Assembly: GCA_013265495.1 (NCBI GenBank)
Contig: MU058221.1
Span: 2,790,001-2,854,000, forward strand
From: Vicugna vicugna
Taxonomy: Eukaryota
Length of the DNA: 64,000 nt
Direction: 5' to 3'
Shown here: positions 40,611-51,700 of the stretch, piece after piece
How the letters are laid out: each line of letters begins with the position of its first letter
Position numbering within the stretch: the stretch's first letter is position 1
Notes under the pieces: generated by a model
What the model was told of the DNA's origin: nothing
What the model saw: the letters and a program-made list of their open reading frames with translations, nothing else
Databases searched by the model: none
Made by a program: the position numbers and the translations under genes

Positions 40611-41087
40611 TATCTTGTTTCTCCCAAAAGATGATGGCTTTTTTGACAATGTAGGTGCCCTCTTGTCCTCTTTTCACTGTGTCTACCAGTCAAACTATCG
40701 GACATACAATCGTGAACACCAGCCAAAGTTTCTGCCCTCAAAGAAATTGTGTTTTCCACTGGGAGTTCTCACTACAGAGAGGTGATAGTTGAAAATACAG
40801 AAGGGGATGGCTTCAGCAGGGAAGTGGAGGAGTGATTCTCATTGTCCAACCTGTGGAAGAATCACATGGGTAGCAAATAAAAATGGGGATTCGTAGGGTC
40901 TCCCTTCACAGCCCGGAAACTCGTGTCTGAGATCGGAATCTGTTGGATGTCTAAGTGTTCTGGATGCCAATATTCATGGATCACATTCAGAAAAATAATG
41001 GTCTAGGAAGAGGGGACGAGAGCTCATGGGCGGGGTTGAGAGCTTCCCAGGACTTGAAGTCAGTTTTGCCCCTTTCCTAGGAGCCCT

Positions 41088-41321
41088 CAGGGCTTGCTCC
41101 ATTGGGCTATTTCCGTCGCGCCTTAGTCTAGGTAATTCGTGGTCGTGGGAAGTTTTTTGTGGTTGTCCGTTGTACACAATGGTTAGCAACATCACCGGCA
41201 TCTCCCTGCTGGGTGCTTGTAGCCCCCTGTCTTCCCCAGTAGTAACAATCACACGTCTCTAATCATTGCCAAATATATCCTGGGGTCGGGGGAACAAAAC
41301 TGCCCCTGGATGAGGACCATA
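41088..41321 (-). mobile_element. MER20 hAT-Charlie DNA transposon relic
   Basis: Matches the reverse complement of the recalled MER20 consensus: ttagcaacatcaccggcatct...ccccagtagtaacaatc..cgtctctaatcattgccaaatat..cctgggg..caaaactgcccctggatgaggacca. Confidence 0.65.
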
Positions 41322-43100
41322 GGTCCGGCTGAAATCTTGACCTTTCACCTAGAACATACGTACTATTTGAAATGGAGCTTTTTATCTCTTCCCTCTGGAA
41401 GGGTAGAAGGTGGCAGATACAATGGTTCCAGAGTCATCTGCCAAATGCCCATTCCTGGTCTAGCATAGAGGTATGGATGTGCACTTTTCTAGAAGCAAGA
41501 CTTCTGAAAACCCATCACAGCCATCCTTTGGCCAAGACCTTCATACATCTTTGAAAGGTCTCCATCCATCTCCTTTCTTGGTTACACCAAATATACCAGG
41601 CTTGGAGATGCAGGCACTTCTCCTCTCAAAGGCAGTTAAAGACTTGGGTGAGAATGCTGTTTAAAAGAAAGTTATGTAAAATGACTTCCATATCTTGCTT
41701 TTAACAAACAAGGGTCTTGAGTTTAGAACAACTCCATTGTTTTCAACACTTTTTTTAAAAAAAGAACCACTTTGATCTATCATTACATACTGCTTTAGCT
41801 ATTCTCCCCATATTTTTTTAATCTTTATATGAAGAGATAGATAATAAGTACATTTTTAACAATAAGAAAAAAAAGTGGTAGTTTATTTTTTCTTTAAAAA
41901 TAATATTAAGAAATGCATCAGGCAAATTGTCTCCCTGAGATTCAGATTACTCATGGGGGTGTTTTTGAGATCATACTTTCTGATGAGTAACTCTGCAGTG
42001 CTGAAATGTGTGCTGGGCGAGCCCTTAAAACCAAGCAGATTGTAGGTAGACATTGACTGTGGTTCATAGCTGAGCATTCATTCTTTTTAAAGAGAAATTT
42101 GGAGAGCTATAACAGATAGTGACTTCAGATAAAACAGCTCCCTCTTTCCTTCAGAGATGGAGCTGTAGTGTATTTGAAATATTTGCCTTGGCACTTCTTA
42201 GCGTATCAGGTAGAGAAATAATGAGGTACCCTTTACATCTTATAATAAATATGGAGGTGATTTAACTTTGTCAAAGGCAAGATTCACAGGGACTTCAAGA
42301 TACGGATTGCGCCTTGAGGAAACTTTCATCTTAATATTAAGTACGATTTTCAGTAGGGGCAAGATACTGTATCAGACTCTCTCCAGCCCTTTAATGTTTA
42401 TCTTTGTTCGCTGGTTAAAAGTTGTCATTTTCATGGAAGCTCACAAAGTGCTTATTTTTTTTTTCTGAGAGAAGTTTTCCAATTCATAGAGTTGAGGCTT
42501 TCTTTCAAAGGAACCACTAATATTTTTTCCTATGATTTCTGGCAATACTGTTATGCATTTTTAGTCTTTTGAGGATGCTTTGTCCTTTAATCTGTGGTTT
42601 TGAAATTTTCTTGTTAAGCTCAACCTCTTTAGCAAGAGAACAGACAATATGTTGTCCATCCATAGAGGTTCTTTGTTGGACCAAAGAAATAATATTTCCA
42701 GTTTTAGATGGAAGGGAACCCTCTGGTGCTTTAGCTGTGTTCTCCCTAAAGCAGTTATTCCCGGAGACACAGAATGCAAGGTTCCAAACCAGGCCAAGCC
42801 CCGGCAGGCACCTGCAAGGGGACAGGTCTTGGCTTCTCGGGGGAACAACATTAAATGCCCTTGATTTTTTATTTTATTCAAAAGCGGCTGGAGGTGCAGT
42901 ATATCGTTAAGTACACTATACCTGGAAACAGAAGTCACGCACTTGAATTCCTGGTAATTGTCTTGCTTCCTTTTGGAAGTACCTTGTTCTTGTCTTGCTA
43001 AGGATTATGGAATCCTCAGCCTGGGACTCTATTAGAATACCCTTGCCTGTGCAGTTTCTGGGCCTGAGTTACCCAGGTGGTCCAATAAAATATGATCAAT

Positions 43101-44073
43101 ATACCACACTGCTGGTGGGAATGTAGTTTGGTGCAGCCATTATAGGAAACAGTATGGAGATTCCTCAAAAAACTAAAAATAGACTTACCGTATGATCCAG
43201 CAATCCCACCCCTGGGCATATACCCAGGGGAAGCTCCAAATCAAAAAGATACATGCTCCCCAGTGTTCAGAGCAGCACTGTTTACAACAGCCAAGACATG
43301 GAAACAACCTAAATGTCCATCAACAGATGACTGGATAAGGAAGTTGTGGTATATTTATACAATGGAATACTACTCAGCCATAAAAAAGAATAAAATAATG
43401 CCACTTGGAGCAAGATGGATGGACCTGGAGATTTTCATTCTGAGTGAAGTAAGCCAGAAAGAGAAAGAAAAATGATTCCACTTATATGTGGAATCTAAAA
43501 AACAAAAAGGTGATGAAAGTATGGAGATTCCTCAAAAAACTAAAAATAGACTTACCGTATGATCCAGCAATCCCACCCCTGGGCATATACCCAGGGGAAG
43601 CTCCAAATCAAAAAGATACATGCTCCCCAGTGTTCAGAGCAGCACTGTTTACAACAGCCAAGACATGGAAACAACCTAAATGTCCATCAACAGATGACTG
43701 GATAAGGAAGTTGTGGTATATTTATACAATGGAATACTACTCAGCCATAAAAAAGAATAAAATAATGCCACTTGGAGCAAGATGGATGGACCTGGAGATT
43801 TTCATTCTGAGTGAAGTAAGCCAGAAAGAGAAAGAAAAATGATTCCACTTATATGTGGAATCTAAAAAACAAAAAGGTGATGAATTTATGGTTACTGGGG
43901 GGAAAGGGGGTGGTGGGGAGGGATAAACTGGGAGTCTGGGACTGTAGCTACTAACTACTATATATAAAATAAACAGCAAGGTCCTACTGTGTAGCACAGT
44001 GAACTATATTCAATACCTTGTAATGGCCTATAATAGAAAAGAATATGAAAAGGAATATATACACACAGACATA
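43101..44073 (+). mobile_element. LINE-1 3' fragment (end of ORF2 plus 3' UTR) containing the internal duplication
   Basis: ORF-track peptide [24 protein letters not shown]...AALFTTAKTWKQPKCPSTDDWIRKLWYIYTMEYYSAIKKNKIMP is the L1 ORF2 C-terminus. Confidence 0.93.
43151..43884. repeat. Perfect head-to-tail tandem duplication, 2 x 367 bp, inside an L1
   Basis: 43151-43517 equals 43518-43884 (agtatggagattcc...aaaggtgatgaa). The ORF track gives the same peptide twice. Confidence 0.93.
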
Positions 44074-45504
44074 TATATCTGTATGCTATATGCCAGCAAT
44101 TAACACAACATTGTGAATTGGCGATACTTCAATCAGTCGACTCCCAAAAGGTACCCAGAAGTTATGTAATAATTTTTTGTAACGACATACTTACTTAAAA
44201 TTTTAAAAGTGCTTCAATTGACCTTCTCACTCAGACCTCAATATCTGGTGAAAGTACGTTGGTATTAGTAAGCCATTTTGTAATTGAAGAAATAGAAACT
44301 CAGAGAGGTTACAAGAGCGTCTCAAACTGTCACAGTCGGTACCTGGCACAGCCAAGATTAGAGCCAGTTTTTCTTTGTGCAGCTGCGCTTTGTGCATTTT
44401 AAGGACGTTGCTGGTCTTGCCCCCCATAGACCAGACGGTGAATAAGAAATACAGATTATACAGAGCAGCTGGTAACAACTAATGTACGTTGGGTTCTTAA
44501 AAACTGTGTCGGTCTTCCATCGTCTCATGGTGCCCACTGTATGGCTGAGTAAAAGGCTATGTTGTAGAAATGTAGAATAAAGTTCTTTCATAATGTTTGG
44601 ATAAACAGCAAGCAGTAGATGTGTTGGCTAAGAGGAAGGGGAATTCGATGCTGTATTTGACCGAGTTTTCTTTGAACATGAAGATGTTTTTTCGTTGCGG
44701 CAAGAAAATGAGTGAGTAGAAGATGATGTCCCTGCAGTGTGCCTTCTTCACATCTCATGTGAATCATGGTTGCAAGACTGGAAGTTGGTGTGACCTTTTC
44801 TCCTTGGTGGCTTAAGGAAATTCACCTCATTCCTGCTTGGGCACGTGATTCACACTTGTGAATAGTCAGATTCACCGTGGCTCATCCTGAGCTCCAGATA
44901 AACGGCACCAAGTGCCCAGAGCACAGAGTTCAGAGCAGGTGAATCCTCCTGGTCAAGGAAGGTTGCATGTCATGTGCCATGTGATTTGAAGCTGAGCTCT
45001 ACCCGATGTAAACGTGTGACTCTAAGCTCACAAAGAACTTAGCTTTTCCCCATTTGTTTCCTCATATGTAAAGAGCAGATGATCTTACGTACCTTAAACG
45101 TCTTTTGAAGCTTAGAGATCATTTATGGAGCCACCTAGCAAACACAGCTCAGTGCCTCCCAGATGCTGGTCCTGTTAATGAGGGAGGTGGTTCTCAAAGA
45201 AAGATCAGCGTTTCATACACAGAGAGCAATAAACACAAACAGCTGGACTGTGGATGTTTCCTGAGCAAAGGCTGTTCCTGAAGCCATGTACTGCGGGTAC
45301 AGTGAGAGGAAGAGGGCACAGGATTTGCATTGTGGCCGGCCAGCACTTATCTCCTAAATTCCACTCTCCTGCCAATATTACACCTCTGGGGACTATTCCA
45401 TGGAAGAACGAACAGGTCGAAAGCATGGGAGATTGACCGCTGGACTAGCCATTTTTGTTTCGGGACAAGCTTTGTCATCTCCTGTTTCCTCCTCCATAAA
45501 TTTG

Positions 45505-46320
45505 CAATTATTCAACAGCATTCAGCAAATATTCGTGGCAGACCCATATGCCAGACACTGTTTAGGTGTTTGGGATATTATAGCAGGGTGAGGGACAATA
45601 AACTCATGAAGAAAATATTTGTCGGATGATGATGAGTGTATGAAAAAAACATTAAAATGGAAGAAGGATAGAAAATCGAGGGGTTAAGGGTAGGAACGGA
45701 GTTGCAATTTAAAAAGGGAAGTTTTCACTAGGAAGTTTTACTGGTTATTTGATTGAAGAGCTAATGGCGTATCTGGGGGAAGAACGTTCTAGGCAGAAGA
45801 AATGGCTGTGAGATGTGGGCATGACTGGTCCGTCTGAGCAGTAGCGGCGGGAGTCAGTATTGAGTCGGGTGAAATCGGAATGTTGGGGACCAATTATACG
45901 ACCTCGAAGGCTACTTCGGTAGCTTTGGATTTTGCTCAGACCGAGGTGGGGAACCACTGGATGATGCTGAGAAGAAAAGCTGACATTATTTGAGTCCATT
46001 TAACAGGACCATTCTAACTCGTTTAAGGATATACTGAAGGGAGGAAAGGGGAGGGAGCAAGGAAATCAGTTAGGGGGAGATACTGCAACAGTCTAATAAG
46101 AGATTCTAACGGGATCTGGCCATGGAGGTAACTGCAGAAGGTGAGAAAGAGGTAAGGTACTGGGTGTATTTCAGAGATGCTGTTGACAGGATGTGATGGC
46201 GGATTGGATGATGGGTCAGAGAGAACAAGGCAGAGCATAAGATTCTGGATGTTTAGCAAACAGTTGGAGGAAGTATGTTGCCAATAACTGAGGCTAAGAG
46301 AACTGGGGAGAGTGGGCAGC
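45505..46320 (-). mobile_element. L2 LINE fragment
   Basis: ttcagcaaatattc..tatgccagacactgtttaggtg, then gcgtatctgggggaagaacgttctaggcagaag, ggggaaccactggatg and ggattggatg: typical antisense L2. Confidence 0.7.
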
Positions 46321-47419
46321 TTGACCTTGTCTCTAGAATGGTGAGAAGAATCATCAAGAAAAGTCTAGAGAAGCTTAGGTCTTTCTATAAATGTCAAGAG
46401 GCCTTTGTGAAAGTAATAACTCTTATAAGAATGTGAAGTAGGATGTAAATGGAAGTTAAATACTTAGCGCTTACCACTCATTGCGCTGTGTTCTCAGTTA
46501 AAGATAGGAAGCCTCTGTCTGAATCTGTGATGGTGCCCAGTGAACACTTGGAAATTAATTGAGTAGGTGATGGTGTTGGCAGTGGGTTTACATCTCACGC
46601 TGAGAAAAGCAGTGACCAGGAAGAAAGAAAATGCTTTGGAGGCATTATTCTGTGTCTACTCAAAGAATGTTCCAAAGAACACAGAAAAATGCATCAGTTA
46701 TAAAAAGCCGTGGATCAACAGCTCAAATGTAAAACTAATTTAATTAAAATTACTGGCTTTAAGGGGTGCATTCTGCTGAAGGCCTCTTACGAGCCCTTGA
46801 GTAATGATGCCCATTTCTTCTTCTTGTAATTCTCATTTCTGTAATAAAAGAAGAGTTGAAATTTTAGGTTAATGTAGTGAATTATTTTATAGACGTACAT
46901 ATGTGCCTAACATTGCACTTCAGTTTTCTGCATTATATTCAAGAGATCATTCTTTATGAATTATGTGAGGAGAAAAATACGATCATGTGGGAGAAATGAT
47001 ATTAATATTCCACAGTTAATCAAAGCACAGGCTTTGTGGGGGAAGGTCAGAAGGCCCACGGTGGATATAGTAAATGGGTTTAATCTCGATGGCTAACTCT
47101 CATCAGATGCTAGTGACTGGCTGGGCTGTGTTTTGAGACATTCTGGGACCACATCTAGGACCCACAGTACAAAGGAGTGTTATATTGGTACCTGCCAGCG
47201 GTACCAAGGAAGAAATGGTAGCAGGTGTGACACACATCAACCATCCTTGCTTTACTGGTTCTGGAAGAGGCACTGACAAGTATGGGTTGTTTAAAGGTTG
47301 TCCATTCTGTAGTTTTTGTTTTTGTTTTCGTTTTTGTACCTGTTCTACTTCTTAATATATCCTGGCCTTTCCGGGCCATAGCTTAACATCTTCTCTTTAT
47401 ATTCTGACTTCTAATTATC

Positions 47420-47890
47420 CAGGATTTCCTGGTTAGAGAGTCTGTTCTCAAGCCCTGCCCTTTGCTAATATATTAATAAACATGAGCACAGTACGACCAA
47501 AGGCAGCAGGACTGATGATGCTCACGTTCTGGGAAGCTGGATGGATGAGAATTTCAAGCGCCCCTGAAGGACAGGTAGATTCAACCCTGTGAGTCTGTTG
47601 ATGGATTAAGATAATGAGATAGGTTGATCTTAGTTGGAGATGGCAGGTGTGAGGTTCAAAGGGCTAAAGATTAAAAAAAAAAAAAGCCCATTTTGTAGGA
47701 AAATAGACTTAAGACTTTAGGAAACAAATCTAGGGACCCGACTGTGCTTTGATGGAGATGAAACACAGGGCTTGGGAGACTGATCTCCAGTGTCATATGG
47801 GCCCCCCCTGGGACAGAAGGGGCGCCACATGTGAGGTGCCTGGGGCCCTCAGCTGGGTTCTAAGAAGAGGGTAGACGTTGGAAGAATAGG
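47420..47890 (+). mobile_element. CR1/L3 LINE reverse-transcriptase fossil
   Basis: Degenerate DNA equivalents of QGSVLGPVLFNIFIND (about 47438-47480), ADDTKLGG (about 47512-47535) and RPHLEYCVQFW..KRD.DKLE (about 47822-47885), in order. Confidence 0.5.
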
Positions 47891-48559
47891 CTGTTAAACT
47901 TCCCAGGCAACGTTATTTGCTTTTTAATAAGAAATATCTAGAAATACTATGTTAACCATAATGAAGAGGCTGAATTTTTGGAATTTAAGTGATACAAGTA
48001 ATAAAATATTTTATACTATTTCTTTTGATGCCTCTCAAGTCATCTTTAAACATTTCATTCCCAGACCCGACTGCCTTCCTTCCATTTCTGACTAGAGCCA
48101 CCTTCACCTTTTTTTATTATTAGTCTCAAGTCTTTCTGCAACCCCTGCAAACCCTAAATGTTCTTAGATATTTTGGGTGTGGTACGTAAGCCCACCCATG
48201 CTTCCTTGCACTGAATCTTGAGCCCACCTTCCCTCCATCTAAAGGATGCAGTAATGCTAGAAAAGGTCCATCTTTTGGTGTCATTCTGTTCCCCTGGGGG
48301 ACTTCTCTATGCCCTCATCCCTAACACAGTGAAACTGTAATGATCAGGCATTGAGAGCAAGCCGAGGGGGTGGTAGATTCAGTAGGAAGAGGGTTAGAGA
48401 GAGCCCAGAATTCTGGATGGAGAAGAGAAACCCCGAAAGAAGAAAGTACAGAGGAGGAAGTGGAAATGGACAACATGATTACAGAGACCCCTTTTGGACT
48501 CAAACAGTGATTTAAGGAGAGACGATCACAGTCAGAACAAAAGCTTAAGATTTTCCAAG

Positions 48560-48775
48560 GGCTTCCGTGTGCCAGGCGCTCAGCTTTCAGGCCATTGTCT
48601 CATTTAATAGTAGTAATTCTAGAAAGGGCTTTTTAAACTTCCAATTCAGATAAAGCCAAGGTAAAGGACTTCAGGAAGAGCTAGGTTAAGCAGCTCCTCG
48701 AGATCACATCATGGTTGGTCCCATCAGGGTTTGAACTCAGGCTCTGGGGCCAGAGCCCATGCTTTCCTTCACTCT
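48560..48775 (-). mobile_element. MIR SINE
   Basis: cgtgtgccaggcgct...ttgtctcatttaat...ggttaagcagctcctcgagatcaca...gggtttgaactcaggctct..ccagagcccatgctt. Confidence 0.6.
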
Positions 48776-51700
48776 AAGAAAAGACAGAAAGGGAAGGAGC
48801 AACCAGGAGAGCAGGAGGCAGAACATGAAATATAACAGTCTCTTGCCAGAGGGGAGCGAATGCACAGGACTTGGAAGAACGCAGCGGGAGAGGGGACTCC
48901 GATCCTGAGGAGAGGCAGCAAACACAAAGGACGGGGAGGAATAGTCCGGGCTTCCAGACTATGCACCTCCAGGCACAGTCCCCCATCACCTCCAGCACCT
49001 ACACCTGGGGCCTCTGATCTTATGATCTATTTTCCACTTAGTGGTTGGACATTGCGTGCTGGAGCCGAGGAGACATTTTATCAGGCGTTGAGTCACCGTC
49101 ATCACTTATCAACGGGTAGACCAAGACCATACAGAGTGAGGCACTTCTGAGAGCACTGGATCCATTGGTGGCTCTTTGATTTGTTTCATGCAGACTTATT
49201 TCTCTTGTACTCTTGGGCAATGGCCTATCTTAGATTTGTCTCCCAGTCATTCTAGTAAGGCATGGGAGGGAGGGTGGAATGAGGAAATGAAGGCATCCAA
49301 GGTGGTGATCTTCCACTGACTGGCTGTCCTATAGGAAGGGCCAAAAAAGAGTTTTAGCCCATTGAAGGTCTGAACCTTGGATAGTGAAGACGTGCCGATT
49401 GTCATAATCAGAGGTGACAAGGTCAGCCATCAGTGCGTGGCACACACGTACATCCACTGGCATTTCTCTTGTATTTATTTCCTGTGGTTCTGTTGCTGTG
49501 TGTAAACAACCCAGAGAAGACCTCTGGGCCAGGGGATCCTGGTGTGAAAGGAAAAGGAAAGGGAAGGCACGGGAAGGAAGGAATACAGAAAGGGGAGGTG
49601 GGGACTGCCCGGAGGAACAGAGACGCCTGTTCATGACTTTCCGAGGGGTAACCCATCTCAGTAGCCCCGTTTCTCCTTGGGATTCCAAGGTCAGCAAGGA
49701 CGCCTTGTTTGGGGTTGAGCAAGAACTGTTCTGCCTGCAATGGTGAAGGAAAAACATGGCTTTAAGCCATATTTAGGAAATCTGTTGACTGTAATTAAGC
49801 CTTCATGGGAATCCCCAAGGTTTACTTACCTGTAATTGAAAAAATGCAAATGAAGACAGTTAATCAGTGGGCTGGCTGCCTACCCACCTGAGTGAATTAG
49901 AAAAGACGACACACATTTGTCCGGTAGAGAAGGCCACCTGAGAGCCAACGGGTAAATTTCTCAGTGACACTGTGGAGGCTGTTTTTTTTCTTCGCCTGGC
50001 TGGGATTGCAGTGCTTTTCTGCTAAGGCCTTTGCCAACTTCGTCTTGAACCCATGACACACAGATTTCCTCACGACTGGCCTTCAGCATTGGTGGAGCAC
50101 CCGCTCCTCTCTGGCGGCACTCAGGGAAGCCCTGCAGGAAAAAGGGCAGACCTCTCGTCTTCCTTTCTGTTGTGTTGACCCACTGCTCAAAGCTGTGAAA
50201 CATTTGCTTCCCAAGGTACTGAAATCAAATGGGAATTCCCGTGGGATGAAGCCAGCGCTTAAGGAGTTAGCCTACAGCATTTTTGCCATCAGTGTTCAAG
50301 GATCAGTACGTGCTCTAATATTAATAGCTTGAATGCAACTTTTTTATTTTTTAATGATAATCAGAGCATACCTGTGATGGTCATTTGCACTTCAGACATC
50401 CCGCTTGTTAATATATTCCACTAATTTTTATCATCTGATTGAAAATCATCCCCCAGATGCTTTGCACTTCTGTTCCTACCTATGTCTTCTGCTTAATGAT
50501 TTCATTAATTAGCAACTTAGACTCTCATAACAGTACAAAGGTCACAATTTGTCCCTAAAAATTAGCTATGGGAAGAAAAGTGTTAACACATCTTTTTTTT
50601 TTTTTGCAAGAGAGATTATTTTTATTTAAAGAAAACAAACAAATATATACACTGAACATATCAACCCTTTTAAAAAGAGCAATCAATACGTTTCCTAAAG
50701 GAGGGTGACATTTAAGGAAATCAAGTCGGCACTAAGTTAGCAATCTCGTTATTGACATTCCTGACATCTGTGGTCAGATTTCTGACTTGTCCCTGATCGT
50801 GGGTGTCCAGAGCAAAGAAAACGTTTGAGAGGAGAGGAGAAGGGGCTGCAGCGTCATTTAGGCAAAAATATTTGTCAGTGGTCTGATTGGTAATAACACA
50901 AACAAAGTATTCAATTAAATATTAATTGCTATTTAATAATGTAAATATCTATGTTTAAATAGAAGTAGAGATACAGTGGTTAATGTATCTGTGTTAGAAA
51001 CTGTATCACGTTGTTTTTGACAATGCTGTCAAAATACGACCTCTTGGAGAAGGAAGGTAAAGAGGTTTCCTGTCCCACGCCACTGAGCGGATTCCGAGGG
51101 CGCAAAGTGCTACAATTGATTAGTAATGCCTGCCTTGGACACCTTGGGGGTGAGTGACAAATTGCTGCCCCATGTTCACCGTCATCGTCTTAACAGGAAG
51201 GAGTCAGCGTCACTAGCTTACTTTACTGCATGTTTGACGAGGAGGAGTGAGAACACTGAATGGAGGGCTTGCCACCCAGGACTCGCCTTTTTTTTGCAGG
51301 CATAGAAACATCCAGAAATGGGGAAAGATGCGATTCAGCTGAACCTTTTCACTGCATCTTTGTTTGCTTCAGTTACTTATTACCCTGGATTTGGCAAGTG
51401 TTTGTAAAAAGCGTTATTGACACAGACTCTGGAAAAAGTAGGCAGATATTTCAAGGTATTTCAGATGTATCACAGTTTCTAAGGAGATCAGATATCACTT
51501 CAAAGCCTCATGGATTTTTTTAAACATGAAATGTTCTTCTTGGCAGATGATAGGGCTCCAGTCCCCAGGTTCCTAACCTCCCATTCGTTAACAGCAAAGC
51601 TGACTTACAGCAAAGTCTTTTTTTTTTTCCCCCTGCAAGCAATTTGTGACTCCTTTTGGGGCGGCAACTCTGCAAATACAATTAAATGACCAACTCTAGT

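Noticed and set aside
43263..43842. L1 ORF2-like ORFs as an active or domesticated gene
   Set aside because: Only the C-terminal end of a 5'-truncated L1, with no endonuclease or RT domain.
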